A stretch of DNA of 34,586 bases from contig JBEGQU010000039.1 of assembly GCA_041180765.1 (NCBI GenBank), positions 1 to 34,586 of the forward strand. The letters run 5' to 3'. The notes under the pieces are model-generated. The model ran no database searches. It saw nothing but the letters and a program-made list of their open reading frames with translations, and was not told the DNA's origin. Source of the stretch: Chloroflexota bacterium (GTDB taxonomy: Bacteria > Chloroflexota > Limnocylindria > Limnocylindrales > Limnocylindraceae). The first letter of the stretch is position 1. Each line of letters opens with the position of its first letter. Both the position numbers and the translations under genes were made by a program. Below, piece after piece: positions 12,433 to 22,020 of the stretch.

Positions 12433-13869
12433 CTAGGGGGCGATGGCGCGGACGACCGCCTCGATCCAGGGGGTCGGGGCGAGTCCGAGGGCGACCGTGC
12501 CGACCGCGGCCAAGAGCAGCCCGGCCCGGAGCAGGGGTGGCGTCGCGACCTCCGGTCCCGGCGAGGCCGGCTCCCGCATGAACAGGTAGACGATCACCCG
12601 CAGGTAGTAGAAGGCGGCCACGGCGGCGTTGAGCACCGCGACGATCGCGAGGAGCGCCACCCAGCCGCCCGCCTGCACCGCGGCGAGGATGACGTAGGTC
12701 TTGGCGAAGAAGCCGGCGGTCGGCGGGATGCCGATGAGGCTGAGCAGGAAGACCGAGGCGAGCAGGGCGAGGCCGGGGTGGCGGCGACCGAGCCCCGAGA
12801 GGTCGGAGAGCTGCGTCGTCGCGCCCGCGGCCCCCTGGATCGCGGTGAGCACCGCGAAGGCGCCGAGGTTCATGAACGCATAGGCGGCGGCGTAGAAGAG
12901 GATCCCCGAAATGCCTGCCCGTTCGCCGGCGCCCGCGGCGACGAGGCCGACCATCAGGTATCCGGTATGGGCGATCGACGAGTAGGCGAGCATGCGCTTC
13001 AGGTTCGACTGCGTCAGCGCGACCAGGTTGCCGAGGGTCATCGTCGCCGCGGCGAGCAGGGCGATGACCGGCATCCACGTCGCCGCGAGCGGGAGCAGCG
13101 CGACGAGGTAGAGCTTCGTCGCCAAGACGAACGCGCCGACCTTTGGTCCGACCGAGAGATAGCCCGTGATCGGCGTCGGAGAGCCCTGGTAGGCATCGGG
13201 TGTCCAGTAGTGGAACGGGACGGCGGCGATCTTGAAGGCGACGCCGGTGGTGATCATCGCCAGGGCGATCGCCAGCGCCGGCGTGCTGGCACCCGACGCG
13301 AATGCCGCTGCGATGCCGTCGAGCGACGCGGTCTTCGCGCTCCCCCAGAGCAGCACGATCCCGAAGAGCAGGATCGCGCTCGAGAAGCTGCCGAGCAGGA
13401 AGTACTTCACCGCCCCCTCGGTGCTCAGGCTGTCGCGCTTGGCGAACCCCGCGAGCAGGTAGCCGGGGATGACCATCAGCTCGAGGCCGATGAAGAGCGT
13501 CACGAGGTCCGCGGCGGCGGCCACGAGGATCGCGCCGGAGAGGGCGACCAGGATCGTCGCCGCGAACTCGGCGCTCGGGTAGCGCCGCAGGGCGAGGTGG
13601 TCGGGCGCCACGAGCAGCGTGATGGAGAGGATCGACGCGCCGAGGAGGCCGAGGTAGGCGACAAATGGCCCGGCGACGAAGGCCCCGCCGAGCGCAGAGG
13701 CGTTCGCACCGCCCTGCTGCAACAGCAGGGCGGAGGCGCCGCCCAGCGCCGCGAGCGCCAGCGCGACCGGCGCGTAGCGACGACCCGGCGTGATCATGTC
13801 GCTGACGAGCACGAGCATCGCGCCGCCGAGGACGACGAGCAGCGGGGCGATCGCCGTCAACTCGCTCAC
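12433..13869 (-). CDS. nuoN: NADH-quinone oxidoreductase subunit N
   Basis: EGAVKYFLLG, FKIAAVPFHYWTPDAYQGSPTP, KRMLAYSSIAH. Confidence 0.95.
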   Translation of the reverse strand: MSELTAIAPLLVVLGGAMLVLVSDMITPGRRYAPVALALAALGGASALLLQQGGANASALGGAFVAGPFVAYLGLLGASILSITLLVAPDHLALRRYPSAEFAATILVALSGAILVAAAADLVTLFIGLELMVIPGYLLAGFAKRDSLSTEGAVKYFLLGSFSSAILLFGIVLLWGSAKTASLDGIAAAFASGASTPALAIALAMITTGVAFKIAAVPFHYWTPDAYQGSPTPITGYLSVGPKVGAFVLATKLYLVALLPLAATWMPVIALLAAATMTLGNLVALTQSNLKRMLAYSSIAHTGYLMVGLVAAGAGERAGISGILFYAAAYAFMNLGAFAVLTAIQGAAGATTQLSDLSGLGRRHPGLALLASVFLLSLIGIPPTAGFFAKTYVILAAVQAGGWVALLAIVAVLNAAVAAFYYLRVIVYLFMREPASPGPEVATPPLLRAGLLLAAVGTVALGLAPTPWIEAVVRAIAP

Positions 13870-15386
13870 GGCTGTACCCCGCTCGCGGCGTAGAGGAGGA
13901 AGGTGCCGACGCTCTGCGCGAACGACGAGGTGAGGATCGACGGCAGCACGCCGAAGGTGACGATCATCGCGGCGAGCGGTGCGAGCGTGAGGATCTCGGT
14001 CGGCGTCACGTCGGTGAGGTGCGTCCCGAGGCCGTCGAGGAACGGCGAGAGGGGGCCGGTGAAGACGCGCTGGTACATCCAGAGCAGGTAGACGGCACCG
14101 AGCACCATGACGATCGCCGCCGCTCCGGCCACCATCGGGCTGGCGAGGAACGCGCCGAGCAGCACCAGGAACTCGCCCGCGAAGCCCGAGAGGCCCGGGA
14201 GGCCGACCGAGGCGAAGAGGAAGAAGCCGAAGAGCGCCGCGTAGACCGGCGTGCGCGCGGCCCAGCCGCCCATCTTCGCGATCTCGCGATCGTGCGTGCG
14301 CTCGTAGCCGATCCCGACCAGCAGGAAGAGGCCGCTCGTGATCAGGCCGTGGTTCAGCATCTGCAGGATGGCGCCGTCGACGCCCTGCTGGTTGAACGAG
14401 AAGATGCCGAGGGTGACGAAGCCCATGTGGCTCACCGAGCTATAGGCGATGAGCTTCTTCAGGTCGGTCTGCACGATCGCCACGAGCGCGCCGTAGATGA
14501 TCGCCACGACCGAGAGGGCGACCATGATCGGGGCGAAGGCCTGGGCGCCGTACGGGAAGAGCGGCACGGCGAAGCGGATGAAGCCGTAGCCGCCGAGCTT
14601 GAGGAGCACCCCGGCGAGGATCACGGAGCCCGCGGTAGGGGCCTGCACGTGTGCGTCGGGGAGCCAGGTGTGGAACGGGAACATCGGCACCTTGATCGCG
14701 AATGCCAGGGCGAAGGCGCCGAAGGCGAGCACCTGCAGGGTGGGGTCGCCCACGCTGCCGCGCAGGGCGAGGAGGTCGAACGCCCCCTCCCACGACCCCG
14801 TCGCCGCCTGGTGGGCGAACGCGGTGGCGAGGATCGCCACGAGCATCAGCAGCGAGCCGACGAGCGTGTAGAGGACGAACTTGATCGTGGCGTAGATGCG
14901 GTCGGCGCCGCCCCAGATGCCGATGATCAGGTACATCGGCACCAGGACGACCTCCCAGAAGATGTAGAAGAGGAAGAGGTCGAGCGCCAGGAAGACCCCG
15001 AGCATCCCCGTCTCGAGGATCAGGAAGCTGACGAAATACTCCTTGACGCGCGCCTGGATCGGCCCGAACGAGGCGAGGATGCAGATCCAGCTCAGCAGCG
15101 TGGTCAGGACGACGAGCGACCCCGACAGCCCGTCGACGCCCAGGTGGTAGGTGATCCCGAACGCCGGGATCCAGCTCGCCTGCTCGACGTAGGCGAACTC
15201 GGCACCCGTGCTGCCGAGCCCGGCGAGCCCCGGCAGCATCAGCAGGCTGAGGGCGAACGTCGCGAGCGAGACGCCGAGGGCGGCGGCGCGGATCACCCCG
15301 GGTCGCGACGACGGGAGGAGCGAGACGGCGAGCGCACCGGCGAGCGGCAGGAAGATGAGCAGCGAGAGCACCGGCAGGCCGCTCAT
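13866..15386 (-). CDS. nuoM: NADH-quinone oxidoreductase subunit M
   Basis: FYIFWEVVLVPMY, KVPMFPFHTWLPDAHVQAPT, LLKLGGYG. ATGA overlap with the nuoL stop. Confidence 0.95.
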   Translation of the reverse strand: MSGLPVLSLLIFLPLAGALAVSLLPSSRPGVIRAAALGVSLATFALSLLMLPGLAGLGSTGAEFAYVEQASWIPAFGITYHLGVDGLSGSLVVLTTLLSWICILASFGPIQARVKEYFVSFLILETGMLGVFLALDLFLFYIFWEVVLVPMYLIIGIWGGADRIYATIKFVLYTLVGSLLMLVAILATAFAHQAATGSWEGAFDLLALRGSVGDPTLQVLAFGAFALAFAIKVPMFPFHTWLPDAHVQAPTAGSVILAGVLLKLGGYGFIRFAVPLFPYGAQAFAPIMVALSVVAIIYGALVAIVQTDLKKLIAYSSVSHMGFVTLGIFSFNQQGVDGAILQMLNHGLITSGLFLLVGIGYERTHDREIAKMGGWAARTPVYAALFGFFLFASVGLPGLSGFAGEFLVLLGAFLASPMVAGAAAIVMVLGAVYLLWMYQRVFTGPLSPFLDGLGTHLTDVTPTEILTLAPLAAMIVTFGVLPSILTSSFAQSVGTFLLYAASGVQP

Positions 15387-17332
15387 CGCGCGGTCACCAG
15401 GAAGATCGTCGCCATCGCGATGAGGCCGACGGCGATGCCGAGCGCGTAGTTCTGCACGCGCCCGGTCTGGATCTGGCGCAGGCCACGACCCGACCCAGAG
15501 GCGAGCGCGCCGACGCCGTTCACCGCACCGTCGACGACGCGACGGTCGAACCACCAGAGGGCGCTCGCCAGGCGTCCGCCGAAGCGCACGAAGACGAGAT
15601 CGTTCAGGTCGTCGAAGAACCAGCGGCCGCGGCTGCCGCGATAGAGCGGCGCCAGGCGCGCGGTCACGCGCCCGAGCAGCTCCGCGTGGTCGCTGCGGAA
15701 GAGGCGCACGCCGATCGCCGTGCCGATCGCGGCGACGGTGACGCTCGCGAGCATCAGCAGGCCGTCGATGCCGAAGAGCGCCCAGGCCTCGTGCTCGTGG
15801 CCGAGCGCCGCGCTCGCGGCGTGGAAGACCGGCTCGAGGCCGTGGACCAGCAACCCGTCGGCGAAGGGGTAGCCGAGCAGGAAGCCGATGGCGATCGACG
15901 GAACGGCGAGCACGACGAGCGGCAGGGTCATCGTCCACGGCGACTCGTGCACGTGGACCCCCTCGGGAACGCGACTCTTCCCCCAGAAGGTCATCCCCAT
16001 CAGGCGGAACATGTAGAAGGCGGTCATCCCGGCGACGATCATCCCGACGAGCCAGACCCAGGCGAAGCCGAACTTGAACGCCTCGCCGAGGATCTCGTCC
16101 TTCGACCAGAAGCCGGCCAGCGGCGGAAGTCCGGCGATCGCCACGGTGCCGACGAGCATCGTCGCGTAGGTGAGCGGGATCTTCGGTGCGAGGCCGCCCA
16201 TCTTCGGCATCTCCTGCTCCCCCTCTACCGCGTGGATCACCGATCCCGAGCCGAGGAAGAGGAGCCCCTTGAAGAAACCGTGGGTGATGAGGTGGAAGAT
16301 CGCGGGGACCCAGGCACCCACGCCGAGCGCCGCGAACATGTAGCCGAGCTGCGAGAGGGTCGAGAAGGCGAGGACGCGCTTGATGTCGGTCTGCGTGAAG
16401 GCGATCGACGCGGCGAAGATCGCGGTGAAGATGCCGATCGCGGCGACGACGAGCATCGCCTCATGGCTCGCGGCGAAGAGCGGACTCATGCGCGCCACGA
16501 GGTAGACGCCGGCGTTGACCATCGTCGCGGCGTGGATGAGCGCCGACACCGGGGTGGGGCCCTCCATGGCGTCGGGGAGCCAGACGTGCAGCGGGAACTG
16601 CGCCGACTTGCCGACCGCGCCGCAGAAGACGAGCAGCGCGATCACCGTCGCCGCCGGGCCGGCGAGGGCGCCGCCCTCGATCCCGGCGAGGATCGTCGGG
16701 ATGTCGAGGGTGCCGAAGACGGCGACCAGCCCCATCAGCCCGAGCGCGAAGCCGACGTCGCCGACACGGTTGGTGATGAACGCCTTCTTGGCGGCGAGGC
16801 CCGGCGCGCGCTTCGTGTACCAGAAGCCGATGAGCAGGTACGACGAGAGGCCGACGAGCTCCCAGGCGGCGAAGATGACGAGCAGGTTGTCGGCGAGGAC
16901 CAGGAGGAGCATCGAGAACATGAAGAGGTTCAGGTAGGCGAAGAAGCGCCAGTAGGAGTCGTCGTGGGCCATATACCCCACGCTGTACAGGTGCACCAGC
17001 GCGCCGACGGTGGTGACCACGAGCAGGAGTGCCCCGGTGAGGGCATCGACGTGGAGGCCGAGGTCGAAGCGCAGGTCGCCCGAGGCGATCCAGCTAAAGA
17101 GCGGCAGGGAGGCGCCCCCCTCCCCGAGCCCGCCCGTGAGGGCGGGGAGGGCGAGGCTCATGGCGATCAGCCAAACGGCGGCGATCGCGACCAGCGGGAC
17201 CAGGTGGGCCCGCTTCCCGAGGCGCCGGCCGACGGCGGCCGTGAACGCGAAGCCGGCGAGCGGCAGGGCGAGGAGCAGCGGGGCGTAGCCCGGGAGGAGC
17301 CCGATCTGCACCCCCTCGGCCATGGGCATCAT
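15383..17332 (-). CDS. nuoL: NADH-quinone oxidoreductase subunit L
   Basis: WELVGLSSYLLIGFW, GKSAQFPLHVWLPDAMEGPTPVSALIHAATMV, C-terminal QTGRVQNY. Confidence 0.95.
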   Translation of the reverse strand: MMPMAEGVQIGLLPGYAPLLLALPLAGFAFTAAVGRRLGKRAHLVPLVAIAAVWLIAMSLALPALTGGLGEGGASLPLFSWIASGDLRFDLGLHVDALTGALLLVVTTVGALVHLYSVGYMAHDDSYWRFFAYLNLFMFSMLLLVLADNLLVIFAAWELVGLSSYLLIGFWYTKRAPGLAAKKAFITNRVGDVGFALGLMGLVAVFGTLDIPTILAGIEGGALAGPAATVIALLVFCGAVGKSAQFPLHVWLPDAMEGPTPVSALIHAATMVNAGVYLVARMSPLFAASHEAMLVVAAIGIFTAIFAASIAFTQTDIKRVLAFSTLSQLGYMFAALGVGAWVPAIFHLITHGFFKGLLFLGSGSVIHAVEGEQEMPKMGGLAPKIPLTYATMLVGTVAIAGLPPLAGFWSKDEILGEAFKFGFAWVWLVGMIVAGMTAFYMFRLMGMTFWGKSRVPEGVHVHESPWTMTLPLVVLAVPSIAIGFLLGYPFADGLLVHGLEPVFHAASAALGHEHEAWALFGIDGLLMLASVTVAAIGTAIGVRLFRSDHAELLGRVTARLAPLYRGSRGRWFFDDLNDLVFVRFGGRLASALWWFDRRVVDGAVNGVGALASGSGRGLRQIQTGRVQNYALGIAVGLIAMATIFLVTAR

Positions 17333-17649
17333 TGGCGCATCGTGTCGTACTCGTCGACCAGCGGGGTCTTCCGGTTGCGATAGATCGCGATGACGATCGC
17401 AAGGCCGACGGTCGCCTCCGCGGCGGCCACCGCGATGACGAGCAGGGCGAACGAGGCTCCCTCGCCGGCGAGTTCCGGGACGAAGGCGCCGAAGGCGATG
17501 GCGGCGAGGTTCACCGCGTTGAGCATCAGCTCGACGCTCATGAGCATGCTGATGGCGTTGCGGCGGGCGAGGAAGCCGAACGCGCCGATGGAGAAGAGCA
17601 GGCCGGAGAGCACCAGATACGGCTCGAGGTGCCCGGCGATGAGGCTCAC
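17329..17649 (-). CDS. nuoK: NADH-quinone oxidoreductase subunit K
   Basis: RRNAISMLMSVELMLNAVN and AAAEATVGLAI. GTG start overlaps the nuoJ stop. Confidence 0.95.
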   Translation of the reverse strand: MSLIAGHLEPYLVLSGLLFSIGAFGFLARRNAISMLMSVELMLNAVNLAAIAFGAFVPELAGEGASFALLVIAVAAAEATVGLAIVIAIYRNRKTPLVDEYDTMRQ

Positions 17650-18200
17650 TCCCCCTCCTCCTCGCGATCGGCGACCTTCGCCGCAAGGTAGATCCCGCCG
17701 ATCACGGCGGCGAGGATCAGCGCGCTCGCCGCCTCGAAGGCGAGGAGCCAGGGACCGAAGAGCGTCGCCGCGACCCCCGAGGTGCCGCCGGCGGCCGGCG
17801 TATCGGCGAAGACGGTTGCGCCCCAGGGCGTGCTGCCGAGGGCGATCGCAAAGAGCGCGCCAAGCAGCAGCGCCGCGAGCGCCGCGGGGAGCGCCTGGGT
17901 CTGGAAGGTGAGCTGCGCCGGGGCCGCCTTCGACTGGGTCAGCATGATCGCGAAGAGGATCAGCACGCTGATCGCACCGATGTAGACGAGCACCTGCGCG
18001 CCGGCGACGATCGCCGCGCCGAGGATCACGTAGATCCCCGCGAGGGCACCGAACGAGAGGATGAGGAAGAGCCCGTTGCGGATGATGTCGCGACCGAGGA
18101 CGACGAGCGTCGCTGCGCCGAGGACGACGCCCCCGAGGAGCAGGAAGAGCGCGTCGGCCCATGTCAGGCCGATGAACGGGATCGTCGGCGGAAGCGGCAT
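17646..18200 (-). CDS. nuoJ: NADH-quinone oxidoreductase subunit J
   Basis: QVLVYIGAISVLILFAIML and FEAASALILAA. Confidence 0.93.
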   Translation of the reverse strand: MPLPPTIPFIGLTWADALFLLLGGVVLGAATLVVLGRDIIRNGLFLILSFGALAGIYVILGAAIVAGAQVLVYIGAISVLILFAIMLTQSKAAPAQLTFQTQALPAALAALLLGALFAIALGSTPWGATVFADTPAAGGTSGVAATLFGPWLLAFEAASALILAAVIGGIYLAAKVADREEEGE

Positions 18201-18202
18201 GG

Positions 18203-20770
18203 TCAGCGCCCGCGGAGGCTGGAGGGGAGCACCGGCAGGTCTCGCGACGGATCGCGGCGGCGCCCCGCGACGGTGTTCTCCCAGTTGGACTCGCCGCGGA
18301 TGAAGGTTGCCTCCGAGGTGCGCTCGATCTTGGCGAGGGCGATGAGGTCGATCATCGGCTCACTGCGGTCGGTGTGCGCCAGCTCGAAGTCGAAGCCGCT
18401 GCGCAGCGCGTCGTAGGGGCAGGCGTCGACGCAGATCCCGCAGAGGATGCAGCGCGACTCGTCGACTTCGTACTTCGTGAGGATACGCGGCTTCGGCATC
18501 AGCGCGCCGGTCGGGCAGGTCTCGGCGCAGCGACCGCACGAGACGCAGGGCGACTCGTTGAGGCTCATGTCAAGCGGCGTCGTCACGAGCGTGTCGAAGC
18601 CGCTGCGCATGAAGTCGTAGCAGGCGGCACCGACGACCTCGGCGCAGACGTTCGCGCAGCGGCCGCAGTCGATGCAGCGCGACGGCTCGCGCAGGATGAA
18701 GGCGTGCGAGTCGTCGCGCACGTAGTCGTGGTTCGCGCCGGTCCAGCGGTTCTCCGTGATCGAGCGGAACCCCGCGCCCCCGCGATGCTCCTTCTCGAGC
18801 GTCTTCAGCGTGGTGCCGTACTCGATGCCGAGGCGCCGCAGGTCGCAGAAGCCGATCGCCTCGCAGGTGCACTGCAGGCAGCGCGTGCTCTCGGCCATCG
18901 CCTCGGGCTTGCTGTACGGGATCTCGTACTGGATGTAGTCGTTGCGGCGCTCCTCCGCCGGCAGGGCGCGGAGGCGGAGGCGCGGCTCCTTCACCTCTCC
19001 GGTGAACGGCACGATGCTGAGGAACTCCGGCTGCGGCTCGGCCAGCGTCTGGCGGTTGCGGATCTCGGTCAGGTCGAGCCCCTTGAGGTAGGCGTCGACG
19101 GCGTAGGCGCAGCGCCGCCCGTCGGCGATCGAGGCGACGACCGTCGTCGCGCCGTTGCGCAGGTCGCCGGCGCCGAAGACCCCGTCGCGTCCGGTCTGGA
19201 AGGTCACCGCGTCGGCCTTCAGGCGACCGTTCTTCGTCGCGGTGACGCCCTCTGCCCCGACGCTCGCCCAGGTCATGTCGGGTCCCTGCCCGATCGCCTT
19301 GAGGATGCGGTCGCACTCGATGATGAACTCCGTGCCCGGTGCGGGCTCCGGGCGGCGGCGGCCGGAGGCGTCGGGGGCGCCGAGCTGCATGCGCACGAAC
19401 TCGAGGCCCTTCACCCGGTTGTCGGCGTCGACGATCACGCGGGTCGGACCGGCCTGGAAGATCGCCCGGGCGCCCTCCTCGATCATCTCGTGCACCTCGT
19501 CGGCGGCGGGCATGTCCTTCATGTCGCGGCGGTAGACGAGGGTGACCTCCTTCGCCCCCTGGCGGACGCTCGTGCGGGCGCAGTCCATCGAGGTGTAGCC
19601 GCCGCCGACCACGACGACGCGGCTGCCGGCGTGGTCCGGGTAGGTGAGCCCGAGCGCGGCGGTGTGCAGGTAGTCGAGCCCGTCGATGACCCCCTCCGCC
19701 TCCTCGCCGGGGATGCCGAGGTCGTTCGTGTCGTAGCAGCCGATCGCCACCACGACGGCGTCGTAGCCCTGCGCGCGCAGGTCGGCGACGGTGAAGTCGC
19801 GGCCGAGCATCTTGCCGCACTCGAAGCGGCCGCCGAGGCGCGTGATCGACTGGTACTCGCCGTCGAGCACCTCGATCTTCGGCAGCCGGTACTGCGGGAT
19901 CCCATAGCGCAGCATGCCGCCCGGCTCGGGATCCTTCTCGAAGATCGTCACATCGTGCCCGGCGATGAGCAGGTAGTAGGCGGCCGAGGCGCCCGAGGGG
20001 CCGGAGCCGATCACGGCGACGCGCTTGCCGCTCTTCGGCTGCAGCTCGAACGGCACCGGCGGATCGATGTCGTCGTCCCACATCGCCTTCAGCACCTGGT
20101 CGCCCGCATAGCGGTGGCTATCGCGGATCGCGATCGCTTCGTCGACCTCGTCGCGGCGGCAGTGGTCTTCGCAGGGTGCGGGGCAGACGCGGCCGAGCAC
20201 GCTCGGGAACGGGATCGTGCGCTTGAAGATGCGCGCCGACTCGCGGAACTCCGATTCCGCGTTCGCCTTGAGGAAGCCGGGGATGTCGATGTGGCTGGGG
20301 CACTTGTTCTGGCACGGCGGCAGGCAGTAGGCGTTGTGGTCGCTGAAGATCAGCTCGAGGTTGGTCTTGCGGATCTCGCGCAGCCGGTCGGTCTGCGTCG
20401 CGATGACCTGGGCCGGCGCGGCCTTGGCGGAGCAGCTGATCTGCGGCTGGTCGCAGCCCTCGACGTCGACGACGCACATGCGACAGGCGCCGAAGCCGGG
20501 GAGCTTCGGGTCGTAGCAGAGGGTCGGGACCTCGATCCCGTTGGCGCGACAGACCTCGAGGATCGTCTGCCCCTCGAAGGCGTCGAGCCGGCGCCCGTCG
20601 ATCTCGACGGTGAAGGTGGGGGTGCGCTGCGGTCGCTGCGGGCTGCGCGTCGAGAGGAGGCGCTCGACGGCGATCTCGTCCGGCACGTGCGAGGGAGCGA
20701 GCGGCGAACGGGTCGAGCCGTGCGCCGCGGGGGCGATCTCGTTCGTCGGTCGGTCGATCAGGTCGGCCAT
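18203..20770 (-). CDS. 855-aa fusion replacing NuoG: NuoG/HydA-type [2Fe-2S] + GltD/NfnB-like FAD/NADPH oxidoreductase + 2x[4Fe-4S] + C-terminal half of NuoI
   Basis: PTLCY..GACRMCVV..ISC; CLPPCQNKCP and GRVCPAPCEDHC; GSGPSG; GGGYTSMDCAR..VYRR; RCIDCGRCANVC and CVSCGRCAETCPTGAL; terminal YEVDESRCILCGICVDACPYDAL...DFELA..R. Confidence 0.88.
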   Translation of the reverse strand: MADLIDRPTNEIAPAAHGSTRSPLAPSHVPDEIAVERLLSTRSPQRPQRTPTFTVEIDGRRLDAFEGQTILEVCRANGIEVPTLCYDPKLPGFGACRMCVVDVEGCDQPQISCSAKAAPAQVIATQTDRLREIRKTNLELIFSDHNAYCLPPCQNKCPSHIDIPGFLKANAESEFRESARIFKRTIPFPSVLGRVCPAPCEDHCRRDEVDEAIAIRDSHRYAGDQVLKAMWDDDIDPPVPFELQPKSGKRVAVIGSGPSGASAAYYLLIAGHDVTIFEKDPEPGGMLRYGIPQYRLPKIEVLDGEYQSITRLGGRFECGKMLGRDFTVADLRAQGYDAVVVAIGCYDTNDLGIPGEEAEGVIDGLDYLHTAALGLTYPDHAGSRVVVVGGGYTSMDCARTSVRQGAKEVTLVYRRDMKDMPAADEVHEMIEEGARAIFQAGPTRVIVDADNRVKGLEFVRMQLGAPDASGRRRPEPAPGTEFIIECDRILKAIGQGPDMTWASVGAEGVTATKNGRLKADAVTFQTGRDGVFGAGDLRNGATTVVASIADGRRCAYAVDAYLKGLDLTEIRNRQTLAEPQPEFLSIVPFTGEVKEPRLRLRALPAEERRNDYIQYEIPYSKPEAMAESTRCLQCTCEAIGFCDLRRLGIEYGTTLKTLEKEHRGGAGFRSITENRWTGANHDYVRDDSHAFILREPSRCIDCGRCANVCAEVVGAACYDFMRSGFDTLVTTPLDMSLNESPCVSCGRCAETCPTGALMPKPRILTKYEVDESRCILCGICVDACPYDALRSGFDFELAHTDRSEPMIDLIALAKIERTSEATFIRGESNWENTVAGRRRDPSRDLPVLPSSLRGR

Positions 20771-20772
20771 GC

Positions 20773-22020
20773 TCAGCTCCGTCCGTTCGCGGTGGTCGAG
20801 GCGGCGGGGAGGAATTCCCGCTCGAAGTATCGCATCCCCGTGATCAACGGGCGGGGGGCGAGGCGCTCGTGGTCGCAGAGTGCGCTGTCGGCCACGTCCG
20901 CGGCGAGCGCCTGCAACCGCTGCGCGTCGGCCGGTCCGGCGAGGCCGTCGACGAAGCGCTGGCCGATCTCGGCGAGGCGGCGCGTGCCGATGCGGCACGG
21001 GATCGTCTTGCCGCACGCCTCGTCCGCGCACCAGCGCGTCACCAGCGCGGCAAGCTCGGGAATGTCGGCGGCGGCGTCGAGCACGAGGATCGCCCCCGAG
21101 CCGATGTGCGCGCCGACCGCATCGAGTCCGGCACCGCTGTAGGGCGTTGCCGCGAGCAGGCTCGCCGGCACGAAGCCGCCCGTCGGCCCGCCGACGAGGA
21201 GCGCCTTCGGTTGTGCGCCGCCCGCCGTGCCGCCGGCGGCGGCGATGATATCGGCGAGCGTCGTCCCCGTCGGCACCTCGAGGACCCCCGCGCGGGCGAC
21301 CGCACCGGCCAGCTGCACGAGCGCCGTGCCGGGCTGGGCGGGATCGCCGATCTGCGCGAACGCACCGGCACCGTCGTTGAGGATCCAGGTGGCTGCGGCG
21401 AGCGTCGCCACGTTGTTCACCGCGGTCGGCCTGCCGAGATACCCGCTCGTCGCCGGGTACGGCGGAGTCTGCTCCGGCTGGCCGCGCTTGCCGGCGAGCG
21501 CCTTCAGCAGGACCGTCTCCTCGCCGATCATGCTCGACCCCTGGAGCGGGCGGATGGCGATCGACACCTCGCGACCGGAACCGGCGGCATCGCCGCCGAG
21601 CGCACCGTCGCGCTCGCCGGCGTCGATCACCCCCTGGAGCGCGCGGATGGCGTCGACGTATTCGGCGCGGACCACGATGAACGCCTCGCGCGCGCCGACG
21701 CTCAGGGCCGCGATGGCGAGCCCCTCGACGACCGCCTGGGGGTTCTGCTCCATCAGGAGGCGATTCGAGAAGACCGCCGGGTCGGACTCGTAGCCGTGGG
21801 CCACGGCGTAGCGGGTCGCCGCGCCGGTCGCCGCCACCGCGCGCCACTTGTCGGCGGTGGGGAACCCCGCGCCGCCGCGGCCGCGGAGGCCCGCCTGCTC
21901 GAGCGCGGCGATCGTGCCGACCGGGCCGAGGGCGACGGCGGCGCGCAGGGCGGCCCATGGGGCGGCGGGGGACGTGAGGAGCGGCTGCGCCCAGCCCTTC
22001 GGGGCGTCCAGGCGCCTCAT
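20773..22020 (-). CDS. nuoF: NuoF/HydB-like flavoprotein subunit, degenerate
   Basis: GLRGRGGAGFPT..KW, GEET.LL..L.GKRGQP and PTAVNNVATL. N3 motif altered to EACGKTIPCRIG...LCDH. Confidence 0.8.
   Translation of the reverse strand: MRRLDAPKGWAQPLLTSPAAPWAALRAAVALGPVGTIAALEQAGLRGRGGAGFPTADKWRAVAATGAATRYAVAHGYESDPAVFSNRLLMEQNPQAVVEGLAIAALSVGAREAFIVVRAEYVDAIRALQGVIDAGERDGALGGDAAGSGREVSIAIRPLQGSSMIGEETVLLKALAGKRGQPEQTPPYPATSGYLGRPTAVNNVATLAAATWILNDGAGAFAQIGDPAQPGTALVQLAGAVARAGVLEVPTGTTLADIIAAAGGTAGGAQPKALLVGGPTGGFVPASLLAATPYSGAGLDAVGAHIGSGAILVLDAAADIPELAALVTRWCADEACGKTIPCRIGTRRLAEIGQRFVDGLAGPADAQRLQALAADVADSALCDHERLAPRPLITGMRYFEREFLPAASTTANGRS

Noticed and set aside
12433-17332. '2M' complex I with a duplicated nuoM
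   Set aside because: Only single nuoL, nuoM and nuoN genes are present.
18374-21142. 922-aa plus-strand ORF and many other long overlapping ORFs (e.g. 836-2467, 15686-17383, 22603-24348, 28640-30445)
   Set aside because: Antisense or off-frame shadows of real genes in high-GC DNA; Arg/Ala/Gly-rich with no family motifs.
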